Positions 55,852 to 64,000 of a stretch of 64,000 nt of DNA are shown here, piece by piece. The notes under the pieces were generated by a model, which was not told the DNA's origin, ran no database searches, and was given only the letters and a program-made list of their open reading frames with translations. The DNA lies in NCBI GenBank assembly GCA_964512075.1, contig CAZEID010000006.1, positions 1,024 through 65,023 on the forward strand. The letters are read 5' to 3'. Numbering within the stretch: the first letter of the stretch is position 1; every line of letters starts with the position of its first letter. The translations under genes and the position numbers were made by a program. This DNA comes from an uncultured Candidatus Saccharibacteria bacterium (GTDB taxonomy: Bacteria > Patescibacteriota > WWE3 > 9FT-COMBO-53-11).

Positions 55852-56763
55852 TTACTTAAACTTTAGCGGAACGGAAACCAGGTCCAGAATCGATCCATCC
55901 CTGGGAGAGGTGTGGTAAACCTCCAGTGTCCCAAGCGAACTGGAAGTGGAAAAAGTGATCGGAATATCAAAATACCCCAGTTCCCCTGGTTCAGAAGCAT
56001 TGTAGACAACGGAATCCTGGAAGAGGACCGTCCCTTCAGCCGTAACCAGCCGCACCACCAAAGTATTTTCAAAAGCGCCCCGCGCCGCACCCGCCAAACG
56101 GAAGGAGGCCTCCACCGCGTCCCCCGGCCAGGGGGTATCAAGGTAGATGTCTTTACCCCAAGGAGCCGCCGCCGTTCCTTCTATAAACTTCCAACTGGAG
56201 AGCAGCGCTTCGTAAAGGGAGAGATTTGTCGAATAGCCGTCCGGTGAGGAAAGCATCGTCACGCTGTAGGTTCGACCAAACTTCTCCAAGACCACGACCG
56301 CTTTCCGATAGTTAGGAAAAAAATTGTCATCGACTGGAAGAATCCCATCGATTCGTACGGCCGGGGAAGAATCGACCGTGGCAGTCGCGGTCACGGGATT
56401 CTTTAAGGACTGAAGCTGCTGAGCAATTACCGTCGCACTATCTTGCCGCGAAACCAAAATGGTAAAAACCCCGCCATACTCGCCTGCCTCGGGAATGGGG
56501 AAGGCATCAAACCCCACTTGGAGCTGGGAGTAGCCGAACTCCCGGTAATGCCAACCGGAGGGGTAGCAAACTTGATACCCTTGCCGAGAGTTCATATAGG
56601 TTTGACCAACACAGGTCTCTCCCTCTCCAGCCCCCTCTTTCGCTGGCCCGCCAGTAAGGGAACCCATCCACTTGGTAATCGAAGAGCGGAAATAGAAGAC
56701 GGCACCGACCCCCAGCGCCACCACTAAAACAATCAGAAGGAAAAGAAGAGCTCGCTTGGGCAC
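55852..56763 (-). CDS. Membrane-anchored protein with PsbP-like and Gmad2 Ig-like domains
   Basis: N-terminal TM, YQVCYPSGW, GAARGAFENT...SPRDGS. Confidence 0.75.
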   Translation of the reverse strand: MPKRALLFLLIVLVVALGVGAVFYFRSSITKWMGSLTGGPAKEGAGEGETCVGQTYMNSRQGYQVCYPSGWHYREFGYSQLQVGFDAFPIPEAGEYGGVFTILVSRQDSATVIAQQLQSLKNPVTATATVDSSPAVRIDGILPVDDNFFPNYRKAVVVLEKFGRTYSVTMLSSPDGYSTNLSLYEALLSSWKFIEGTAAAPWGKDIYLDTPWPGDAVEASFRLAGAARGAFENTLVVRLVTAEGTVLFQDSVVYNASEPGELGYFDIPITFSTSSSLGTLEVYHTSPRDGSILDLVSVPLKFK

Positions 56764-56882
56764 GCCACTATTGTCCCAAAAAAGATCTTGGGGAGCAAGG
56801 GCTTAACCAGAGCGCCGAGCTATCCCTTAACCAATTCAAACCACGCGTTCCGCGCCCTCTCGGGTTGCTCTCGCAAAGAAGG

Positions 56883-59519
56883 CTACCTAGTAATTTTCGC
56901 AAGCAGGACGCGTTTTAAATTGCTGTATGCTTTGAGAGCGTCAAAGATGACAAGGATAAGGAGGCCCGCCAAGCCCGCTTCCAGCCAATGCCGATAATCA
57001 ATGGCAGCGGTCTCAAAGACACTTCTAGCCCCATCCCAATAGACGATAATGAGAGTCGCCGCTAAGGAAACCGCCGAAGCTCCGGCGAGATATGGATTTA
57101 CAAACGGCGACCTTGTCAGCGTCGGATACCTAAAAGACCTAAAGTTGAAAGCACTCGCAATCTCGATAACGATGAGGGTTACTAAAGCGGTAGTTCGGAC
57201 CTCCGAAACGCCGTAGCCCAGCAGATTAAACGAAATGTAGTAAACCGCCAGCGTAATCACCCCCATTAAAAGCCCGTTGAAAATCATCAGCTTAAAAAGG
57301 GGCCGGCTCAAGATGTGGGTGTCTTTTCTCGGCGGCTCGTCCATTACATCTTTCGAATAGGGGTTCAACCCCAGAGTAATGGCAGGAAGGTTGTCTGTGA
57401 TTAAGTTCATGAAGAGGATGTGCAGGGGAAGAAGGAGAGGCGTTGCCCAACCAAAAACGGGGGCGAGAGCCGCCCCAGTGAAGATAATCAACAACTCAGA
57501 GAAATTACAGGAGAGCTGGTAACTGGCAAACTTCCGAATGTTATTGAATATCGTTCTCCCCTCCTTAACTGCGGAAACGATGGTGGCGAAATTGTCATCT
57601 TTCAAAATAAGGTCGGATACCGAACGGGTCACATCCGTTCCGCTTTTCCCCATCGCCACACCGATATGGGCTTCTTTTAGAGCGGGGGCATCATTAACCC
57701 CGTCCCCCGTCATCGTCACCACCTCCCCAAGCTCCTTAAGCGCTCGAACAATCCTCAACTTATGCTCGGGACGGACGCGAGCGAAAATAACGGTATTTTT
57801 GATCACCTGAACCAACTCCTGGTCGCTCAACTCGTCGATCTGTGAACCTACCAACGCCGCGCCTTCCAGCCCGATCTGCTTGCCAATTGAGATCGCAGTC
57901 TCTTTGCTGTCCCCAGTTATCATCTTCACCGCGATCCCTGCCGACCGGCAATCCTCCAGAGCTTCCGCCACTTCCTCCCGAGGGGCATCTTCCATTCCCA
58001 CAATACCCAAGAGGACGAGATTATTCTCCGGGTACTCCTTAGTAGAGCCACTGGCGGGTTTGTAGGCTAGCATCAACGTCCTTAAAGTTTGAGAGTTCAA
58101 TTTTTGGTTGACGGCGATTATTTCATCTTTTCGCCCTTTGGTGAGCTTCTTCTCCTCTCCACCAACCTTTTCTTTAGCGCACCTTTCAAGCAAAATCTCC
58201 GGCGCCCCCGCGGCAAACACCAACCTCCGACCGTCAATTTCGACCAAGCAAGACATCATCTTCCTCTCAGAGCTGAAAGGAACCTCGTGCAACCTTTTAA
58301 CGTTTAGACCTTCCGGAAACACTCCCGCCTTTGCAGCGACGATCAAGAGCGCCCCCTCCGTAGGAGTTCCCAGAATTCTATACTCAGCATCCTGGCCAGT
58401 CCGCTGGATATGGGCGTTATTAGCGATTGCCGCCGCCTTTAGCAAAAAACTAAGATTTTCATCGCGGTGAGGGTCCACCTCCTCTCCCCGGTGAATAAAG
58501 CTCCCCCGTCCCACGTAACCAGAGCCAGTAACCTTATAAAACTTGTTGTTGGAAAAAATAGTCTTAACAGTCATTTCCCCTTTTGTTACTGTTCCGGTCT
58601 TATCAGCGCAGATAACGGTCGTTTCTCCTAAAGTTTCAATGATCGACATGCGGTTGACGATCGCGTTTTTTCGGGCCATTCTAACCATTCCGGTTGCCAA
58701 AGTCGTGGTCAGTACTACGGGAAAACCTTCGGGGAAAGCCGAAACAGAAAGAGCGATCGCCAAAACCATTACTTCGGTTAGCAATTGATAATTAACAATT
58801 TCGGCCCTAAAAATCATCAAACCGGCAGTCAAAAGAGAGACCGTTACCGCTACTGTCGCCATATATTTGGCAATTTGATTAACCTTTTTCTGCAAAGGCA
58901 TCTCTTTTTCGGCCCGGGAAATCATCGCAGCGATCTCTCCAAAACGAGCACTCATCCCGATGTGCTGCACCCGAGCCACACATCTTCCTCGAACAATAAA
59001 AGTACCCATAAATAGCTTATTGGCGTCCTCCTTTTCCGCCTCGGAAGACTTCTTAACCTCGACGGACTCTCCGGTCAACACCGACTCGTCTACCCTAAGC
59101 TCGTTCGCTTCAAGAACCACACAATCGGCGGGTACTCTTTCGCCGCTTCCTAGAATGACAATGTCCCCTGGTACCAAATCTCTTGAAAGGATATCTTTTT
59201 CTTTTCCGTCTCTAATAACAGTGGAGAAAGGCATCATCATTCCCCGCAGGGTTTCGATGGCTTTCTCGGCCTTATATTCTTGGATAAATCCCGAAAGCAC
59301 TACGGCCGCAACGACCGCAAGAATCGTACACGCAGTAACATCCTTACCGACAATAAAAGACAGGGCCGCGGCTACCAAAAGCAAATAAATAATGAAGTTC
59401 TTCCTTATTTGCCTTACCAAGATCGTGAAGGGGGTAGCCTTCCCGACCTCCTTGATTTCGTTATCGCCGTACTGCTCTTTAAGTTTTTGGGCTTCTTTCT
59501 CGGTCAAGCCTCGGATCAT
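56883..59519 (-). CDS. Cation (Ca2+-type) P-type ATPase
   Basis: TGES, FPEGFP, DKTGT, MITGD, TGDGVNDAPAL. Confidence 0.93.
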   Translation of the reverse strand: MIRGLTEKEAQKLKEQYGDNEIKEVGKATPFTILVRQIRKNFIIYLLLVAAALSFIVGKDVTACTILAVVAAVVLSGFIQEYKAEKAIETLRGMMMPFSTVIRDGKEKDILSRDLVPGDIVILGSGERVPADCVVLEANELRVDESVLTGESVEVKKSSEAEKEDANKLFMGTFIVRGRCVARVQHIGMSARFGEIAAMISRAEKEMPLQKKVNQIAKYMATVAVTVSLLTAGLMIFRAEIVNYQLLTEVMVLAIALSVSAFPEGFPVVLTTTLATGMVRMARKNAIVNRMSIIETLGETTVICADKTGTVTKGEMTVKTIFSNNKFYKVTGSGYVGRGSFIHRGEEVDPHRDENLSFLLKAAAIANNAHIQRTGQDAEYRILGTPTEGALLIVAAKAGVFPEGLNVKRLHEVPFSSERKMMSCLVEIDGRRLVFAAGAPEILLERCAKEKVGGEEKKLTKGRKDEIIAVNQKLNSQTLRTLMLAYKPASGSTKEYPENNLVLLGIVGMEDAPREEVAEALEDCRSAGIAVKMITGDSKETAISIGKQIGLEGAALVGSQIDELSDQELVQVIKNTVIFARVRPEHKLRIVRALKELGEVVTMTGDGVNDAPALKEAHIGVAMGKSGTDVTRSVSDLILKDDNFATIVSAVKEGRTIFNNIRKFASYQLSCNFSELLIIFTGAALAPVFGWATPLLLPLHILFMNLITDNLPAITLGLNPYSKDVMDEPPRKDTHILSRPLFKLMIFNGLLMGVITLAVYYISFNLLGYGVSEVRTTALVTLIVIEIASAFNFRSFRYPTLTRSPFVNPYLAGASAVSLAATLIIVYWDGARSVFETAAIDYRHWLEAGLAGLLILVIFDALKAYSNLKRVLLAKITR

Positions 59520-59582
59520 TAAAACAGTTTAGCAACAAAGACCGTTGGAAGGAACTGCTACCCATAATCCTATAGTGCCTAT

Positions 59583-59610
59583 TGACAGAAGGGAACCTCA
59601 CTGGTATACT
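59583..59610 (+). promoter_or_regulatory. Near-consensus promoter TTGACA-17-TATACT
   Basis: Seen directly about 190 nt upstream of the GTG at 59801. Confidence 0.7.
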
Positions 59611-59800
59611 TTCCTGCTGAACCTTAATAACCGAATCGGTTTGACCTCTAAGGTGGGAAGAGTTGGGCGCGGATTTCGCCGTACTCAACTCAACCCCTGA
59701 TTAGGGGAACCAAAACCAAAAAAAGAAGGGAGGATGGAAGAGGGTATTACTAGGCTTGCCCAGCCCGCGCCGTAACCGAGCATCTACCAAGGAGAAAGCT

Positions 59801-61423
59801 GTGAAAACGAAAGGACTGCGTTTCTTTCTGGTTTTGGGTGTGCTGGCGGCCCTGTTCGCCTTCGGCGCTACGAGCGCCGGAGCCACGGGGGGAGGCGGCT
59901 ACGACCTGAATGTGGACGTCGACGCCGAGTGTGAGACCTATACGGTCTCAGCCAACCCCGCGAACTGGGACGAAGACAACACCGGACAGAGCCGGATCCA
60001 GTGGCGGCCAGTTCCGGGAACGCTGACTGGAACCGGCACGTTCGCTTTCGGCGAATTCGATTCCTCCGCAAGTTGGGAGGTTTCGGTCCAATATCGCAAA
60101 TACACCAGCTCGAACTGGGGCTTCACCTGGACCGCTACCAGCGTCTACCACACCGAGACGGATAGCGGCAGTGTGAGCCGAAAAGGGCACTGCGACGTGG
60201 TGATTTGCCACGCTACCGGTAGCCAGAGCAATCCCTACATCCAGATCACGGTGGATGACCGCGCCGTGGATGGAGTTGGGAGCTCGGACCACAACCGGGA
60301 CGGGCACCAGAACGGTGAGGACATCATCCCGCCGGGCTTCTGGGATGCGGACGGCCGGAACTGGACGGCGGAAGGTATCGCCATCTGGGAGAACGGCTGC
60401 GAAATCCCCGAGCCTCCGCCGCCTCCGGTCGAGGGATGCACTGATCCGTTGGCGCTCAACTACAACCCTGAGGCCACGGTTGACGATGGCAGTTGCGAGT
60501 ACCCACCTCCGGTGCAGGTCTGCGAGGATCCCGCCGCGCTGAATTATGGCGAGGAGGGCGAGTGCCAATACCCGCCGCCAACCTACACCATCGAGGACCT
60601 TTCAGACTGTGATGGCTTCGCCTTCTTGTTTTACCAAGATGGCGAGCCGATCGGCGGTGGGAGCGGTCCCTGGAACGGGCGGACACTCCTGTACGTCGTG
60701 CTCCCGCCGGACAGTCTGGAGTTCTTCGCCACTGCAGCACCGCCGGACGATCATACGGTCGTGGGACAGGTGGTCAGGCCTGACTACTGCGAACCGGGCG
60801 AACCGCCGTGCCCGCAGTGCGTTTGCCCAACCTGCGGCCCACCCGTCCAGGAAACGATGGGTGAATCGATGGGCATCGCCTGGTTTTCGGACGTCCCCTG
60901 CGACGCCGGGACCTGTCCGCTCTTCGCGGGCCAGGACCACAACCCCTGGGTGAAGCTGTGGACAATGATCCCAAGCTTCTTCACCCACGAAGGTGTGACT
61001 GCCCCGCTAACGGCCGTCACGACTGCCAACGGGGAGGTCTGCTACGAAGCGTTCTTCCGGGATGGAGACTCCATTGGGGACTTCATCCTCTGGGGTCCGA
61101 ACGGGGAGGGCGATCGCATCCGGGGTCACTTCCCGGCCAGCGATCCGCAACCGCACAAGTACAGCGCCTGCTCGATCTTCCCGAGCTGGTGTGATACCCG
61201 CCTCGGGGAAGACGGCCAAGGCTACGCGCTCTGGCTGCCCGGACACACCGTGTGGGACTGGGCCCAGTTTCTGCTCCAGAACGGGTTCTTCCCGGGCGAG
61301 GAGAATCGGGCCACGCTGGCGCTGGGGTGGGCAATGGCCCTGCGCGAGAACGGCAACGCCGCCCTGCTCACTTGGAACGGCGACCTGAGGAACCTTCCGC
61401 CGTTTCCGCTTCCGCCCCGGTAA
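59801..61423 (+). CDS. Secreted Cys/Pro-rich surface protein (GCTDPxAxNY repeats), GC-rich
   Basis: AAGGAG SD, signal peptide, VICHATGSQSNPY module, GCTDPLALNYNPEATVDDGSCEY and CEDPAALNY repeats. Confidence 0.8.
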   Translation: MKTKGLRFFLVLGVLAALFAFGATSAGATGGGGYDLNVDVDAECETYTVSANPANWDEDNTGQSRIQWRPVPGTLTGTGTFAFGEFDSSASWEVSVQYRKYTSSNWGFTWTATSVYHTETDSGSVSRKGHCDVVICHATGSQSNPYIQITVDDRAVDGVGSSDHNRDGHQNGEDIIPPGFWDADGRNWTAEGIAIWENGCEIPEPPPPPVEGCTDPLALNYNPEATVDDGSCEYPPPVQVCEDPAALNYGEEGECQYPPPTYTIEDLSDCDGFAFLFYQDGEPIGGGSGPWNGRTLLYVVLPPDSLEFFATAAPPDDHTVVGQVVRPDYCEPGEPPCPQCVCPTCGPPVQETMGESMGIAWFSDVPCDAGTCPLFAGQDHNPWVKLWTMIPSFFTHEGVTAPLTAVTTANGEVCYEAFFRDGDSIGDFILWGPNGEGDRIRGHFPASDPQPHKYSACSIFPSWCDTRLGEDGQGYALWLPGHTVWDWAQFLLQNGFFPGEENRATLALGWAMALRENGNAALLTWNGDLRNLPPFPLPPR

Positions 61424-61442
61424 GTAAAGGAGCTTGAGACCC

Positions 61443-61476
61443 AAGGTGCTTTTGAGCAATCAAAAGCACCTTTTTC
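61443..61476. terminator. Intrinsic terminator between convergent genes
   Basis: AAGGTGCTTTTGA-GCAA-TCAAAAGCACCTT-TTT. Confidence 0.75.
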
Positions 61477-61492
61477 ATTTTCGGCGGAAATT

Positions 61493-62584
61493 TCAAACCA
61501 AACGAAGGGTAACAATAACACCAAGAACGGACAGGACGATACCGGCAATCAGGTGCAAGAGCCGAATATTTCGCTCCTTCCATTCGGCGGCTTTCTCGAC
61601 CGTGGAGTAACCCCAGAAAATCAGCCCCAAGATTAGCAAGAGCGGGAGGACGAAAAAGACGTTGTAGAGCAGGAGATATGGCACTGCCGCCATTAGCGTC
61701 AAACTTTTCGCCAATAGACCCAGAACAAAGAAGTAAGGACCACCGGTGCAGGGAAGCTCAAAAAGTATCACCACAAAACCCACCAGAAACGCCCCTAGCG
61801 GGGAGGTAGCTTTGTAGATGATGTCCTTAAGAGGGTGCCGCCAGCTCCGCGGAATCTCCATCGCAAATCCCCCGCCCCCGTACCAAAAGTAATCTTTGAT
61901 GTTCAAAAGCCCCAAGACAATCGCCAGAATTCCCACCAGCCGAGAAACGATGTCCGCCAGGCCCGATACCTGAATCGCCGAGAAGAGCCCCAAGCCGAAG
62001 AGGAAATAAGCCAAATAGATCGAAGCCGTAAAGGCCAACCCTGCCGCCAGCGCCCGCTTCCGGCTACCGGCACCGAGGAGAAACGCGGAAAGCAGAATCA
62101 GAAGCACGGCGATCGCACAGGGGTTGATTGAATCCACTAGCGCGGCCCCAATCACGGTTAAGAGAGTGGGAGCACCTAAAGTCTTCTCCGGAGGTGCCTC
62201 CCCCAACGGGCAGGCCACTTGAGGATGGGCGAGAACTTCACCTTCAAGTTCGGCAAGAATCGAAATATCACCAGTCAGATAACGGTCGCCGATAAAAACA
62301 GTTGGCACTCCCCAGGGCTGGGGAACATTATAGGCGGTTAAAACTTCTTGGAACTTCGCGGCGTTTTTTTGGTCATGCCAAACCTCAAAACGCCGGATTT
62401 TGAGACCCGGGTACCTTTGCTCCAGCTCTTCCAAAAAGGGTTTAACATTGGCACAGTGCGGGCACTCTTCACCATAGAAGTAGTAGACGCAAGCCGTCGG
62501 CTCTTGGGCCGAAACGGCACGCGCTCCCCGACCCAGGAAAACCGCGAGAAAAAGAAATAAAAGCAAACCCAACTTCCTTCGCAT
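61493..62584 (-). CDS. Thioredoxin/glutaredoxin domain + CcdA-type (cytochrome c biogenesis) membrane protein
   Basis: CPHC, VDSINPCA, FELPCTGGPY. Confidence 0.88.
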   Translation of the reverse strand: MRRKLGLLLFLFLAVFLGRGARAVSAQEPTACVYYFYGEECPHCANVKPFLEELEQRYPGLKIRRFEVWHDQKNAAKFQEVLTAYNVPQPWGVPTVFIGDRYLTGDISILAELEGEVLAHPQVACPLGEAPPEKTLGAPTLLTVIGAALVDSINPCAIAVLLILLSAFLLGAGSRKRALAAGLAFTASIYLAYFLFGLGLFSAIQVSGLADIVSRLVGILAIVLGLLNIKDYFWYGGGGFAMEIPRSWRHPLKDIIYKATSPLGAFLVGFVVILFELPCTGGPYFFVLGLLAKSLTLMAAVPYLLLYNVFFVLPLLLILGLIFWGYSTVEKAAEWKERNIRLLHLIAGIVLSVLGVIVTLRLV

Positions 62585-62606
62585 CAACTTATATTACCCT
62601 AAGGAG

Positions 62607-63488
62607 TCAAAGCCGCTTGAACCGTTTGAGGAGGTACCAAATGAAGGCGAGAATCGGAACCGTCACCACAGCATAAACTCCCACCCAGATCAACCCACCG
62701 GCGACACCGTAGACAAATGAGAGCAACGACCGTACCGCCTGTTTGAAAATTACCCCCGGCCGAAATCCTTCCGGCGGCTGGTAAGGAAGGGCAAACTCGT
62801 CAGTTGCTAGAGAAACCGTGATTCGGGAAAAGGCGGCTGAATCAGCAATGAATTTCTTCCGCCCCTTAAGGGCGTCGATTTGCTCCCGCAAAGTAATGAT
62901 CTGCTGGGTAATCGAAACCAGATCGGCAATTTTAGTGGCCCTGGACTTGATCGCCTCAAATTGAGCAACGGTCTCCTCCAGCGCTTTAATCCGAGAATCC
63001 AAATCCTGGAATTCCTCCGTTACGTCGGTCCCGACGATGTTTTCCTCCACCACTTTAACCGCTAGGGTTCGGTAATATTCAACCGCCGGGCGAAGCTTGG
63101 TGTTAGGAACTCGAACTACCACTGTCGCCACCGGTGATTCCTCCGGCGAAGTGATTTCGGAAGAAACTAGAAAACCGCCCTCTTTCTCGGCGTAGCGCAC
63201 CACTTCCTCCGCCGCCGCCGAAACGTCATTCACGACCAGCGAAAGGTTGGATTCCTCAATCACCACCCGCTCTTCGCTGGTTTCAGTTCCGGCAGCGCCT
63301 TTCTCTTCGTTCCCTCCTCCGACGAATTCGGGGACAGAACCACTCACGCCAGAAGACGAGGATCGGGACACCCACAACAGCTCGAACCAGCCAAGCAACC
63401 AAACCAAGACGAGAAGGAAGAAAATTGCAATCAAAACCGAGGCGAATTTGTGAGCTTTTACCCAGTTGAGAAAGGGCCTAAGAGCCAT
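62607..63488 (-). CDS. DUF4349 domain protein
   Basis: LSLVVNDV, VVRVP, DVTEEFQDL, C-terminal TM. Confidence 0.85.
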   Translation of the reverse strand: MALRPFLNWVKAHKFASVLIAIFFLLVLVWLLGWFELLWVSRSSSSGVSGSVPEFVGGGNEEKGAAGTETSEERVVIEESNLSLVVNDVSAAAEEVVRYAEKEGGFLVSSEITSPEESPVATVVVRVPNTKLRPAVEYYRTLAVKVVEENIVGTDVTEEFQDLDSRIKALEETVAQFEAIKSRATKIADLVSITQQIITLREQIDALKGRKKFIADSAAFSRITVSLATDEFALPYQPPEGFRPGVIFKQAVRSLLSFVYGVAGGLIWVGVYAVVTVPILAFIWYLLKRFKRL

Positions 63489-63531
63489 TGGCTTAGTGTA
63501 GCAAACTAGCTCCCCGGGATGGTATCCTACG

Positions 63532-63795
63532 TCAGAGCTTTTTTAATAGCGAGAGATTACCGGCTATCAAAGCTTCTTTCTTTGCGCGAGTCCAACCTTT
63601 GAGCTGTCTTTCCCGTTTCATAGCCGCAGAACGGGATTCAAATTCCTCGGTGTAGACAAGCTTAAAATCACCAAAGTCTTTGATAAACTTTGCTCCGTGA
63701 CTAGTTTGATGATCAGACAACCGTTGCTCCAAGTTCTGAGTGTGCCCAACATAAAGTCGATTATGGATGTTACGAAGGATGTAAAGGTAAAACAC
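63532..63795 (-). CDS. GIY-YIG nuclease family protein
   Basis: FYLYILR..LYVGHTQNLEQRL..H, AMKRERQLKGWTRAKKEALI; start placed at GTG 63795. Confidence 0.9.
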   Translation of the reverse strand: MFYLYILRNIHNRLYVGHTQNLEQRLSDHQTSHGAKFIKDFGDFKLVYTEEFESRSAAMKRERQLKGWTRAKKEALIAGNLSLLKKL

Positions 63796-63809
63796 GTATT
63801 GGCTATAGT

Positions 63810-63890
63810 CCTTCGACTGACGCTCAGGACATTCGACTCTGGAACTCAATGGCCTGCGGCCATGAGCGAACGAAGTGAGTCGAATGGTTC
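63810..63890. repeat. REP-like palindromic elements upstream of the GIY-YIG gene
   Basis: CCTTCGACTGACGCTCAGG, CATTCGACTC...GAGTCGAATG, CATGAGCGAACGAAGTGAGTCGAATG. Confidence 0.55.
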
Positions 63891-64000
63891 GCCATTGCGG
63901 ACGATGTTAGAACCTCTTGGAGAACTGCAGGACAGCCTGTTTATATCCCAAACTTTGCTTAAGTCAAGAAAGAAGTGGGAGGAAGCCCCTCCAATCGACG

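Overview
A 64-kb chromosomal segment of a Patescibacteria (CPR) bacterium, most likely Microgenomates/WWE3-like. This is inferred from 16S signatures, a 16S gene with an insertion and no linked 23S, and the gene content. Standard genetic code 11. Mostly minus-strand housekeeping genes: rho, radA, rpsA, mnmA, trxB, znuCB, a T4SS-coupling/HerA-type ATPase, dsbA, two P-type ATPases, fba/tkt/rpe/rpiB, DNA ligase, recF, mutM, a 5'-3' exonuclease, ftsH, trpS and a Xer-like recombinase. Also one 16S rRNA and six tRNAs. Notable signals: (1) a 61-nt alanine-acceptor mini-tRNA with G3:U70, a T arm and CCA but no anticodon arm, heading a tRNA-Ala operon; (2) two small HTH genes (ArsR-like, TrpR-like), each bracketed on both sides by its own palindrome, plus a four-helix-bundle gene bracketed by inverted heptamer arrays; (3) a two-tier expression architecture, with core genes apparently leaderless (TGnTAnnnT 6-9 nt before the start) and about ten ORFan units carrying their own promoter, Shine-Dalgarno and usually a terminator; (4) tRNA-Ile(UAU) and a non-canonical initiator-like tRNA(CAU); (5) a pseudoknot-capable insertion of about 117 nt in the 16S rRNA. 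Functional calls come from motif recognition by eye; no database searches were run.
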